Below, piece after piece: positions 25,482 to 37,149 of a DNA stretch of 64,000 bases. A program made the translations under genes and the position numbers. The stretch spans positions 2,594,342 through 2,658,341 of the forward strand of contig CAVNZM010000005.1 in assembly GCA_963693365.1 (NCBI GenBank). The letters run 5' to 3'. The first letter of the stretch is position 1. Every line of letters begins with the position of its first letter. The notes under the pieces were generated by a model. That model saw only the letters and a list, made by a program, of their open reading frames with translations, did no database searches and was not told the origin of the DNA. This stretch comes from Amoebidium appalachense. Taxonomy: Eukaryota > Protista > Ichthyosporea.

Positions 25482-25634
25482 TGTGTGTGTGTGCGCGTGC
25501 GCTATAATTTTGTAGTGATGTGTTTCTCAAGCCAGTCAATACATCTAATAAACAGGTCATAGTTACGCGTGTTTAGTATAAAATCAAGGATGTTGTAATT
25601 TACAGGTAGGCTATCTTTCTGGGTGTCTGTTGTG
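25143..25634 (-). mobile_element. 5'-truncated copy (492 bp) of the same LINE with a 10-bp TSD
   Basis: Near-identical to 9396-9886. ATATAACTTT is duplicated at 25133-25142 and 25635-25644. Confidence 0.93.
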
Positions 25635-26158
25635 ATATAACTTTCCCTACTGATCATTGGTGCTTTTTGGGAGCTTTGGCAGGATACATTTCTCCTGCTG
25701 TACGTATGGATACCACCCTAGTAGATAAGTCTATATGGTGCCCTGATGTTGATATTGCCTGGGAAGTTGTGCAGTGGCGCTGTACTTCTTGTTTTCATCG
25801 CCGCTGGTGCCACTTTTGTGCTGAATTTTTAATCGCAAGCATGTTGATGATAGGTGTGAGTTTTTATGTCGCGTTTTACCTCTTTCCCTACGGGTGTCTG
25901 CTACACTAGCTGGCAATGTGAACACTTTAGACTTTTTGTTGAATTCTGTTGGTCGTCACATTCAGTATTTATATGATTTTCACACAGTGTTCAGGTATCT
26001 CAGTATGCACTTGTTACTGGATAACTCGTGAAGTTTTTATTGTTCTCAGCATGCCGTGCATACTTGCATATCTTTCCGTCGAATAAATCCAGTCAAAAGA
26101 AAAAAACTTTCCCTCCAAAAAATGAGGTATACAGGTTTAGGGTGTGCAATACTTTGAC

Positions 26159-26200
26159 ATTTTTTCGATGTTCGAGTATGCACAAATATGTCCAGGCGTT
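26159..26200. repeat. 42-bp direct duplication flanking the YR retrotransposon (second copy at 31846-31887)
   Basis: ATTTTTTCGATGTTCGAGTATGCACAAATATGTCCAGGCGTT abuts both element ends exactly. Confidence 0.9.
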
Positions 26201-26867
26201 TTCACATCACTCACTCGTGCTTGCCTCATGCCCCCCGTGTCCGTGGAGTGCAGGCCGTCGTGCCTGCACCCAAGGGGCTGGCCGAGGCGGGGGCCGCCAG
26301 GGGGGGTCCATGCCATGAGCCCCCCCCCGCACCAGCCGGGGCTGGGCCCCGCCTCGACATGCTTTATTGCCGCTGCAATCGGGCTGTGAGCCAGTCACAG
26401 TCGCATACGTACACCGTCATGTATACAGACTTAGAGGTGGGTGGGTGGGAGCCGCCGTGTGCTAGCCACCGAAAACGCAATCGTGCTAACAAAAACCGTA
26501 CGTGCAGCACACGGCGAAAACGAAGGTGGCCTGCATCTGCAGTGTGCTGCGCCGGAAATACCGGCGCTGGTGGCGCCTGACGTCAGGCGCTGCGCCAGAC
26601 CGATGTCAGCCGCCGCTGCGGCTGCGCCTGGCGCCGCGGCCCGTGACGTCATGGGCCGCCCGGCTGCCTGCGCCCGAAGTGATCCGTGAAACATCTTTCA
26701 TCTGCTGCGCATATGAAACGTACATTCACATCACTCACTCGTGCTTGCCTCATGCCCCCCGTGTCCGTGGAGTGCAGGCCGTCGTGCCTGCACCCAAGGG
26801 GCTGGCCGAGGCGGGGGCCGCCAGGGGGGGTCCATGCCATGAGCCCCCCCCGCACCACAAGGCCCCC

Positions 26868-27986
26868 CTACTGCGATGTAGGGGGTCCGCCCCAAGGTCC
26901 CGTGGCGAGGCCCTGGTGTGACCAGACGGTGGCAATGGAGGCTTGCACGTCGCGGTGGGGCAGCCAGATGTAGACCATGAATGCGTCTGATGCCCAGCGG
27001 CCAAGGGCTTTGATGGTGGCGTCAGGTAGGCCCGCTCTCTCAGCTGCAGTGGCCCCCCCTATGCGCAGGCTGTGGCCGGCGTACCGGTCGGGGTCGTAGC
27101 CCGCATGGTGTAGAGCTGTGCGGAAACCGGCGATGAAGGTGCTCTTGAGGTAAGGGCTGCCGTCGACGCTGAACAGGGGTGCATCTGGGTGGATGCCTGC
27201 CCTGGTTGACGAGACCCCCCAGGAAGAGGGCTAGATTGGCTGCTGGGCAGAAGGAAGGCTCCTCCGGGAAGGCGGGCACCCGGATGGGAACACCCTTGCC
27301 CGTGGGGTCGGTCTTAGATGTCGGCAGGAAGACTGTTGCCCCAATCAGGCGGCCACCCTGCCATAGGAGCTGGACGTCGCGACGCTTGGCGTGAAGGAGG
27401 GGGTTGAACTTGGCCGCAGATTTGGACGTGAACTCGCCCGAGCGCAGGAGGCACGAGCTGCCAAGCAGCAGGGCAGCCCACAGACGCAGGGCCTCCAATG
27501 AAGAGCCCGGTTGGATGACTGGGAGGAGGGCGCGGAGGTCGGCTGGGAGGAGGGGCTCGAGCACTCGTTTGGGCCGGTGGCTGCCTTCCAGCAGCAGGAA
27601 GCGGCCAGCCCCGCGGATAAACCACTGAAGGCTCTGCTGGCCGGAGCCCGCTGGTGGTGCCATGCCCAAGCTGCGGTGCAGGCTGTTGACGGCGGAGACG
27701 ATGCTGGGCATGGTCCGGGCTTGCACCGCACGCATGGCGCACCAGGCAAGGAACAGCTGCACTTGGGCTGGGCAGGCTGGCAGGTAGCCACCATCAGGAT
27801 TGCGGCAGTCCATTGCGTAGATGAAGTCGATAAACTGGCGCTGGTAGGACGAGTAGGAGGACTCCGTGCTGTCACCCACTGACAGCCGAGTGATGGTGCG
27901 GGCCACCTCCGGGACACGGGCCAAAACCTCGGGGGTGAACCACTGGGCAAGCCTACCATGGTCGCCACCAAAGGGGAGCAAGCCAC
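26868..27986 (-). CDS. Tyrosine recombinase (frameshift at the C6 run 27215-27220; 5' end probably supplied by splicing)
   Basis: LLRSGEF, SKTD and CPAANL, then in the shifted frame YAGHSLRIGGATAA...LGRWASDAFMVYI (R-K-H-R-W-Y catalytic set). Stop TAG at 26870-26868. Confidence 0.9.
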
Positions 27987-28664
27987 CTGCAGGGACAGAG
28001 CTGTGTGAGCATCATGCCTAGAGTCCCAGGGGGGGGGGGGGGGGGGGGGGTAAAGGCAACGAGCGGGGTGGGCGGCAGGCAGGCGGGTGCACAGGCAGGC
28101 AAACAAGGGGGGGGAGGGGGGGGGGGGGCGTAGCTAAAGGGCAGAGGATGCATGCAGCGCTGGCAGGGAGGGCGGGGGAAGGGGAGGGGGGGTATGCGCG
28201 CACAAGCCGCGGTGTAGGCGTGCGTGTGTGTGCGCTAGTGTGTGGGTGTGTATGAGCATGTGTGTGTAACACCGAGGTTAAGCATGCACGATCGAACTTC
28301 GGGGCGGTGGAGGGGGTGGCAGGGTGGGGTTGGGGGGGTTGGGGGGAGGGAAGGAGGGGGGGGGGGGGGCAGGACACGCCACAAGCAGTTGGCACTGCGG
28401 GCCAGCACAGAACAAAGAGGCACACCGTGTGTACACCGTAAGACCGTAATGTATTGTCCCAAACACTCCACCGGGTGAGTGAGGGAATCCGAGCGAATGC
28501 GTGTAGTGGGGGGGGGGGCGGCCCCGGCCGCCACTGCAGAACATGAATCGTGCGATATACAAAGTGGGAAGGGGGGAAGGGGGGGTGTCGGTGCCCCCCA
28601 CAGCCCACACGCCAAGCCCAATACGAAGGCAAAGGAACAGGGGAGGGGGCTCGGCCCAGCCCCA

Positions 28665-30546
28665 TCACGAGAGAGGGGCAGCAAACCACCCCGCTAGCCA
28701 CTCAGGCACGGGTGTTGGGACTGGTGCGTGCCACGGGTGCAGCCGGTCGAAAGTGGCCCACTGTGCCCGCGAGATGGCATCCGCAATCGAGTTTTCCACG
28801 CCAGGGATGTGCTTGGCCGAGACCAGCACCATGTAGCGCATTTCCATCAGCGTGATGAGACGCAGCACCCGGGCAATGGCAGGGACGGGGGAGTGACGGG
28901 ACGCGATCATAGATACTGCACCGTCGTTATCGGTGAGCACGCGTATGTGGCTGTTGCGACAGCTGGGACCCCAACAGGCCAGGGCCACGGCAATGCCAGC
29001 CAGCTCAAACAGCACGGAAGCCCACACATCTCCGCCAGCAATGACCGTGCGCCAATGGTCCGTCCATGCTAGGTGAAACCACGCTTGACCCCAGTAGCCA
29101 CCGCATCCTATGCTGCCGGCCGCATCTGTGGTGAACATGTGATGCACGGGGGGGGGTAAGCACACGTATGCCGTTCCACTCGGGGAGGAACTCCGACCAC
29201 AGCACAACGTCGGCTCGTGCGTCGGCGCAGACACGGATGTGGTGGTGGGGCCCTAGGCCGGCCCTCTCAGCCTCCGCCAGCAGATGAAGCAAGCGTTGAA
29301 GAAAGGCACGGGCACGCCCCAGCGCCACAACCTGAGCACACCACATGAGCTTGCCGCACAGGGACCGTAGGTCTCGAACAGTGGCCTTGGTGCGACCCCG
29401 CCAATCGGCTAGCAGGGCCCGGAGCTCGGTCAGCTTGACGGCAGGTAAGCGGGCCTCCATGCGCAGAGTGTCCCACTCGAGCCCAGAGTAGATGAGCGTG
29501 TGTGAGGGCAGCTGCACTTTGTCGTCGGCAAGCGTAACACCCACCTTCGAGCACACCCACCGAAACACCAGCATGTTGAAGGCGCACTCTTGCAGCGTAT
29601 GGCCGCCGAAAAAGAAGTCGTCCACAAAATGCTGTGTCTCTGTGGCGTTGAGGGCGTGGGCGAAGTGCTGCAGGGCCTGAGCTATGCGTTCCCAGAACGC
29701 TGGGCTGGACCGCAAGCCAAACGGTAGGCGGGTCTCCACATAGAACGCGCCTAGCAGCTGGAACGACAGCAGTGGCTGGTCGTCTGGGTGCACCGGGCCG
29801 TGACGAAAGGCACCCTTCACGTCGTATGCCCCGAGGAAGCAGCCCTGGCCGAGCCGAGCTACTGTTTGCATCACCGTGCGGATGGTGATGTACTCCAGCT
29901 GATCCGGGTAATCGACCCCATCGTTGATACTGGAGCCACGCGGGAAGGAAAGGTCGTGGATGCGGCGGACGCCCGTGCCGCCCTTTTTGGGAACTGCCCC
30001 GAGGGGCGAGGATACAAAATAAGGATAAAGGGCCACCATCTCGTCGCGGGTGAAGGGGCCCAGGATGTGGCCGCATGCCACTTCCTTCGCAATGTCGGCT
30101 GCAAGCTGCTCACGGGCCGCCAGCGCGGACGGGTGGTTTCGGCCCACCCGGGTGACCCGCTCGCCGAAGTAACCGACCGAGAAGCCCAGCTCTAAGTCGC
30201 GGAGCAGAGCCTGCTGAAACGCAATGTCGGGGTGCGGAAACAACTCAAACAAACGGCGGAAGTTGGGGACAGATACGGTCTGTGGTGGTGCCGCTGGGGG
30301 GGGTGACCATGGGCCCCGCAGGGCAACGGAGAGGGCAGGCCCAGCGCTGACGTCAGCCCCTGCCCGAAAGGGGGCTGGGCCCCCTAAGCCGGGTTGGCCC
30401 CCCCTTCCCCCGCCCCGTTGGCTGGGTTGGGAGGGCAGGCGTGTGCGCCGTGCGCCGCTGAGCCGCACTTCAGGCAGGCGTGCTTGTAGCGGCAAGGGTT
30501 GGGTCCCTTCCTGGTGCAGCCCTTGGCCGTGTTGAAGCCCCGGCAT
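28665..30546 (-). CDS. Reverse transcriptase plus RNase H of the YR retrotransposon (frameshift at the G9 run 29148-29156)
   Basis: RT: SPLGAVPKK, RRIHDLS, DVKGAFR, LPFGLRSSP, FVDD. RNase H: TDAAGSIGCG, FELAGI, TDN, HIPGVENSIADAISR. Overlaps the gag 3' end. Confidence 0.92.
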
Positions 30547-31444
30547 ATCTCATCCGCAGCAGGGGCCGGGCTGGCGCGAGGGCTGGCTGTGGCCCCCCCA
30601 GAGGCAGGCTGCCGGGGTGTGCGGGGAGCGGTGGGTGCCTGGTGCAGGCGGGCACCAGACAGGGACACGGCCAGCTGCACAGCGTCGGGTGCGTCGAGTG
30701 GGCGGCCAGAGGCAGCGCACGACCGGCGGTGTGCATCCTCCCAGCGCATGATGGCAGCCCACTGGTACTCGGGTGCCAACTCAGTGGCCACAAACTCGGC
30801 GTGGGCCAGCAGGGCCGTGACGGGGGCGTTGGCGTTGATGCGTAGGCGTAGCAGCTGCAAGATGCAGCGCAGGTAGGTCTGCAGGTCCGGGCACAGGGCG
30901 GGCTGGCGCTGGGTGCCAGGCGTCTGCAGCACAACCGTGCCAGCAGGCAGGCCAGGCAGGGAAACCGGCTGGCGCTGCGTGTGGACAGAAGAGCCCGTGG
31001 GCGGCAGCAGGTCGAGTAAAGCGAAATGCTGCATAGGCTCGAAGATGGCAGCCCCCCGGACCTCCGGGGACAGGTGGGGGCAGGGTGGGTTCGACTGGCT
31101 GCGCTGGCTGGCCCCCCAAACGGCCAGTTGCAGGGCATTGGGCGGCGGAGGCAGCTGGTGCATGTCGCCGCCCTGAGGGTCCTCCTCACGGGGGCGCTTG
31201 TTGGCGTTGCCGGGGGGTTGCTCTACAGCATCCACGGCCCCCGCCGCAGCGGCAGGGGGCCCCGTGACAGGGGGGTTCCTACCGGTTCCGCCCCCGCCAA
31301 GGTTGACGAGGTGGGGGAAGGCGCGCAGGAGAAGATCTTGCTGGGAAGGGGGGGCCGGGCTGGCCTGCAGGGCCTGACGGGTCGCGTTGGCCACCTCAGA
31401 AGCAAACATGCGAATGGTCGCTGCCAGCTCAGGGGTCAGGGCAA

Positions 31445-31492
<48 letters not shown>

Positions 31493-31565
31493 CGTCCTGC
31501 ACAGGAGGGCGCGCCTCCTGCCCTGCCTGTGCTGCAGGGCCATTGTCTGTTGGGTCTACTTCCAT
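30384..31565 (-). CDS. Gag-like ORF1 of the YR retrotransposon
   Basis: ATG at 31565 just inside A1, a polyQ tract, and a C-terminal Cys/His finger ICRGFN...C...CRYKHACLKCG...H...C typical of Ngaro gag. Confidence 0.85.
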
Positions 31566-32604
31566 ACTTGAGCCGCCGTGTGCTAGCCACCGAAAACGCA
31601 ATCGTGCTAACAAAAACCGTACGTGCAGCACACGGCGAAAACGAAGATGGCCTGCATCTGCAGTGTGCTGCGCCGGAAATACCGGCGCTGGTGGCGCCTG
31701 ACGTCAGGCGCTGCGCCAGACCGATGTCAGCCGCCGCTGCGGCTGCGCCTGGCGCCGCGGCCCGTGACGTCATGGGCCGCCCGGCTGCCTGCGCCCGAAG
31801 TGATCCGTGAAACATCTTTCATCTGCTGCGCATATGAAACGTACAATTTTTTCGATGTTCGAGTATGCACAAATATGTCCAGGCGTTAGTCTCTCTGAGT
31901 ACTCCCCCCCCCCCCCCCCCCCTCCCTATTTCTGCCATTTGAATGTTTTATAGCGCATATATGAGTAGCTGACATGTACAAATAGGCGACACCCCGTGCC
32001 GGCCCCTGCAACACACAAGGCTTTGTCTGAGCGGCTATAAACGAGCAATACCAACAGCTAAAAAGGCATTTCTAGTAGTCACTTTGAGTGCTGTCGAGTG
32101 TCGACGTCTCCCTGCGGCCCGGCTCAACATACCTATGTATGTTGCCGCTGCGCAGGCGACATGGTAGTGCCGAGCAGGCGGTGTAGTAGTGCCGAGCCAC
32201 TTACATAAGCCAGTGGGTACATAGCCTTGGCCGAGACTACATTTCTAGTACGTTCAACAAAAGTTCGACTGTCCATCATGATGGTCACATTGACCAGTGA
32301 GTGACCCGACTCACACGCCCATCTTGAACAGCAGAGCCGTGCCCGACCACACGGCGCTGTCACAATTCTTCAAGTTCAATCAAGTTGCACACGAATTCAT
32401 GAATTCAAGTTTGTATACGTATGTTCCTACTTTTTTGTGAGTCTGCCGTGAACTGGATAGTCGAATGCAAGAGAAACGCTTGTTTCCGTCCCATAGGCGT
32501 CCATTAATATTGGTATCTGTAGATACACAATGGATAACAGTTTTGCCCTGGTGCATGTGCTTGAGCTCGAGACGTGGAACACTAGGCAGGGCACCGGCCG
32601 GGGC

Positions 32605-32646
<42 letters not shown>

Positions 32647-32661
32647 GGGGGAGGGGGGGGG

Positions 32662-33529
32662 TTTGAATGCGTCAAAAAGTACGAAGTACACAAGAACAAA
32701 CGGATAACACGATGCAGAATGCAAGCCATACATAAAGAGTATGCATAATAAGCAGAGCCCATCCTCAGGGGGGGCCCACGTCATCCACAGTACCCGAGTT
32801 TCGACCTAGGGGGGGGGGGGGGGGGGGGGGGCAAGCCGAGAAATTAAAAACGGGCTGCCTGTACTTGTGTGTGTGTGTGTGGGTGTGGGTGGGTGGGTGG
32901 CCATTGGGGGGGGGGGGGGGGGGGGGGGGGTTTTGAATGCGTCAAAAAGTACGAAGTACACAAGAACAAACGGATAACACGATGCAGAATGCAAGCCATA
33001 CATAAAGAGTATGCATAATAAGCAGAGCCCATCCTCAGGGGGGGCCCACGTCATCCACAGTACCCGAGTTTCGACCTATTCCCCTCGTTAACGAAACCCA
33101 ACTCAGATACTGTTTCACTTGAACATGAGTAGGTCACCCGTCTTGATCAGAGACGAGCAGGGTTGCTTATGCAGGCAAGGGCAGTGGGAAAGGCCGGGGG
33201 TTAAAGTTGCAGCAGTAAGCAGAAGCAAGAAAAATATAGATAGGAACTCAGGAGACGGGGCTTCTAGGAAGCTCCCCCGTCGATACCTAAGTCGATACTT
33301 CCCTGGGGGGGGGGGGGTTTGAATGCGTCAAAAAGTACGAAGTACACAAGAACAAACGGATAACACGATGCAGAATGCAAGCCATACATAAAGAGTATGC
33401 ATAATAAGCAGAGCCCATCCTCAGGGGGGGCCCACGTCATCCACAGTACCCGAGTTTCGACCTATTCCCCTCGTTAACGAAACCCAACTCAGATACTGTT
33501 TCACTTGAACATGAGTAGGTCACCCGTCT
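32662..33529 (-). mobile_element. Three head-to-tail, variably 5'-truncated copies of the poly-G-associated retroposon (32662-32808, 32932-~33304, 33318-33529)
   Basis: Each copy starts (G)n-TTTGAATGCGTC on the + strand and ends at a G-run. The sequences are essentially identical. Confidence 0.85.
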
Positions 33530-33615
33530 GGGGGGGGGGGGGGGGGGGGGGGGGGGAGACAACGAGGCAGGCCAATAAACAGAAGCACGAGCCATTCAGC
33601 ACATTTATTAACCAT

Positions 33616-34402
33616 TTACTTCATCTTCTTGGAGCCACCATCGAGGCGAGATGCGGATTTCTGCACAGCGAGCAGGGGCAGAACGAGCATGACGGCACTG
33701 CCCGCAGCATAGTAGATCCACTCAACCTGCAGGAAAGAGGGTTAACACAAAGTAGCAAAAAGCAGAGAGAAAAGGGAGACGTGGGCATAATTGGACGGAA
33801 GAAAGAAGATTAGGCCAATGAACTGAGCACTCATTATCATGGGGCTGTTAGAATCATGGTGACAACATTTATGATTGTACCATACACGTACACGTGCGCA
33901 GGTTATAATGGGGCTGTTAGAATCATGGTGACAACATTTATGATTGTACCATACACGTACACGTGCCTGCGCATTTGTAGGTAAACACACAAAAACATAA
34001 TCACCACACATTATGACACAAAAACACACGCGCCTGCGCTCGCGCACACACATACGCACGCACGCACTCACGCGCGCACACGCACACACGCGCGCACACG
34101 CACACACACACAAACACCTGCAGAGCCCCATCTACTAACCCATATTAAATCCCACACAAGTCGAAGGCTGCTTGCGTTCACAATCTACGCCTGACCACAT
34201 CAACAAAAAGGGAAGCCCTTCCTACCTATCACAGACGAACAAACGATACCAACCCTATATGCCCTATACACCTGCCGAACCAAACCATGCGCAACACGCT
34301 ACAAAAGAAACACAAACATACACGCATACACGCATCAGGCTCACGGTAACTCAACAACAACACATACAGACACACAAAAACACCCATACCCTTCCCCCTG
34401 CC

Positions 34403-34468
<66 letters not shown>

Positions 34469-34483
34469 ACGCGTGCACACACA

Positions 34484-34534
<51 letters not shown>

Positions 34535-35378
34535 ACACATACGCACCGTGTGCGGGGAGTTGTAAATGTAGTAGCTCTCCTGGGGGTAGGCCGTGAACTC
34601 AACGTTGGGGAAAGACGTGTAGCCTGTGACCTTCTGCTTGCCAATACCATGTCAGAACACAAGAAACATGTTCCATAGCAAGCATCATTATCATGTCATC
34701 TGGCATGCATGAGCTCAATAGGAACTTCCACATCACGCGTGCGTGTGGTTTCACACCACATCCTTGCCCCGAGGGGGAGAAAAAGCCCCGGGGAGGGGGG
34801 GGGGGGGGGGGTAAACACACTACTCGGTGTTGAGCTGGTCCCAGTAACCTTTCAGGTCCATCTAAAAATCAACCCTCTCCCCATCCCCGTCTCCTCCCCC
34901 CCCCCCCCCCCCCGCTTTGGGCTCAGGTTGCATAACTAAATGCAGATAAGCACCCGGGGGGGGGGGGGGGGAATAGGTTAGTGCGAGTAAAAACGCACGA
35001 AGACACAACGGACAATATAGGGGCAGATCATGATTTGCACAGTAGGAAAAAAAGGAGTGTGAGTTTTGAAGCAGAGTCTAGATTCAGGTGAAGCAGGGTG
35101 GGCCAGCAGGAGAGGGAGGGGAGGAGGGCGGGGTCATAAAGGCATAACAAGAGCTTGGCCCTTCGACCTCTTTCTTCACCCATAAACCGAAAAAAATTGG
35201 CGTGCAGGCTGTACCCCGATCATCTAGAAAACTGTCATTCCGGTAACAGATTTAGAAAACACACTGACTATACGTGGATGCTTCCGTCCCCCCCCCACCA
35301 CCCTCTTCTCTTCACAAGGTGGTGGGGGTGGGGGCGAGGGTGGACGTGGGGTTGGTGCTGGGGTTGGGTGGGTGAGTG

Positions 35379-35409
<31 letters not shown>

Positions 35410-35508
35410 TGCCTCTTCGCCGTTGTAGTAGGTGAAGTTTGTGGCAGTCATGTTGAAGGTGACGGGCTTGTCCGCCTGGTAGATTAGCACGTGCGTCACA
35501 TTGCTCTG

Positions 35509-35570
<62 letters not shown>

Positions 35571-37117
35571 TGTGTGTGTGCGCGCGCGTGAGCATGTGTG
35601 TGTGTGTAGGAAAGAAAAGGGAGCCAGAAAAAGAAGTGATTAGTAAGCACACACAGATCATGTATACCTCCGTGGTGTTCGTGCAAGTAAGACAGACTAT
35701 GGTTCCAAAACGGTGGGGTGTGAAGGTCTAACCTCGGGCATGAAGGTTTGCCCACGGGCAGTGGTTGGTTAGTCGGTCCGGTTGATTTGTAGTTGGGGGG
35801 AATGCATGAGAGGGTGCCAACGTGAAATCAAACATACAAAACAGAAACCAAATTTGTGCAGGAAGAAGCCACCCCCTCATTTACAAACAACCTGTGTAAA
35901 TGTGCCTAGCATTTACATAGGAGAGTGGAGTGTATTGAAGGGGAAGGAGGGAGGGAGGGAGGGAGGGGGGGGGGGGGGGGGGGGGGGAGGGGGGGAGGGT
36001 AACACTAAGTGCTTTGGTGTCTTTCGATTGTGTTGTGTGTGTGTGTGTGCGCGCGCGCACGCATGTCTGTGCGTGGTGTGTTCGTGCACAAGTATAATTC
36101 ACGTGAATGCTTGCTGCTAGCATCCACAGGGCATTGCGCTGTCGTATACAATCGTAAAGGTGGGTATTGCAGAGTGTGTGTGCGCGCGCGTGCGCGTGTG
36201 CGTGTACGCGCGTACACAGGTCTGTGTGTAATTGTAGATGCCTGATTGTGAGTTTGTGAGTGTTGTGCGTGTGCGTGTGGGTGCGCGTGTGTGTCCGCGC
36301 ATGCGTGCCGGTCGTCTGTGTATTATGTTTGCCACTTTCAAAATATGCAACTGTCTCTGCAGTCGAGTTCAGAGGACCATGACCTCGAACTATGCCGTAG
36401 ACGCGATATTCCCTTCCTCGGAAGAGGGGGGAGGGGGGGGGGGGGGGGGGGGGGGGGGTTCGTATGCATCATGGAGTGCGAATTACACAACAGGGAGAAG
36501 GGGGGGGGGAGGGGGGGTTTGAATGCGTCAAAAAGTACGAAGTACACAAGAACAAACGGATAACACGATGCAGAATGCAAGCCATACATAAAGAGTATGC
36601 ATAATAAGCAGAGCCCATCCTCAGGGGGGGGCCACGTCATCCACAGTACCCGAGTTTCGACCTATTCCCCTCGTTAACGAAACCCAACTCAGATACTGTT
36701 TCACTTGAACATGAGTAGGTCACCCGTCTTGATCAGAGACGAGCAGGGTTGCGTATGCAGGCAAGGGCAGTGGGAAAGGCCGGGGATTAAAGTTGCAGCA
36801 GTAAGCAGAAGCAAGAAAAATATATGGGGGGGGGATTACACTACAGAGAACAAAGACAATGCAGACGAGAACACGGTGCAGCACATGGAATTGAGGGCCC
36901 ACACGTACACACACAGTATGCCGCACAAAAAGGACAGTGTTACACGTGTGTGTGTGTGTGGTGGTGGTGGGGTCGGGTTAAAGGGATGGGGGGGGGAGGG
37001 GGGGTCTGAGAGCGCCATAAAGTACGAAGTACACATGATGCAGAGTGCAAATCATACATTAAGAGTATGCATAATAAGCAGAGCCCATCCTCGAGGGAAG
37101 GGGCGGGCGGCCGGGCG

Positions 37118-37149
<32 letters not shown>

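Larger units (their letters stand above)
26201..31845 (-). mobile_element. Ngaro-type (DIRS order) tyrosine-recombinase retrotransposon with split direct repeats
   Basis: In element orientation: A1 (31845-31570), gag, RT/RNase H, YR, B1 (26857-26725), A2 (26724-26449), spacer, B2 (26334-26201). A1 and A2 differ at about one base. The B1/A2 junction (GTACA|TTCAC) reproduces the joined element ends. Confidence 0.94.

Noticed and set aside
33030-33150. Hammerhead ribozyme or SECIS in the poly-G retroposon (CTGA...GAAAC, ATGA...)
   Set aside because: The CTGAG segment pairs directly with AACTC in a stem, no CUGANGA core with a proper stem II could be built, and the 3' GA of a SECIS core is missing.
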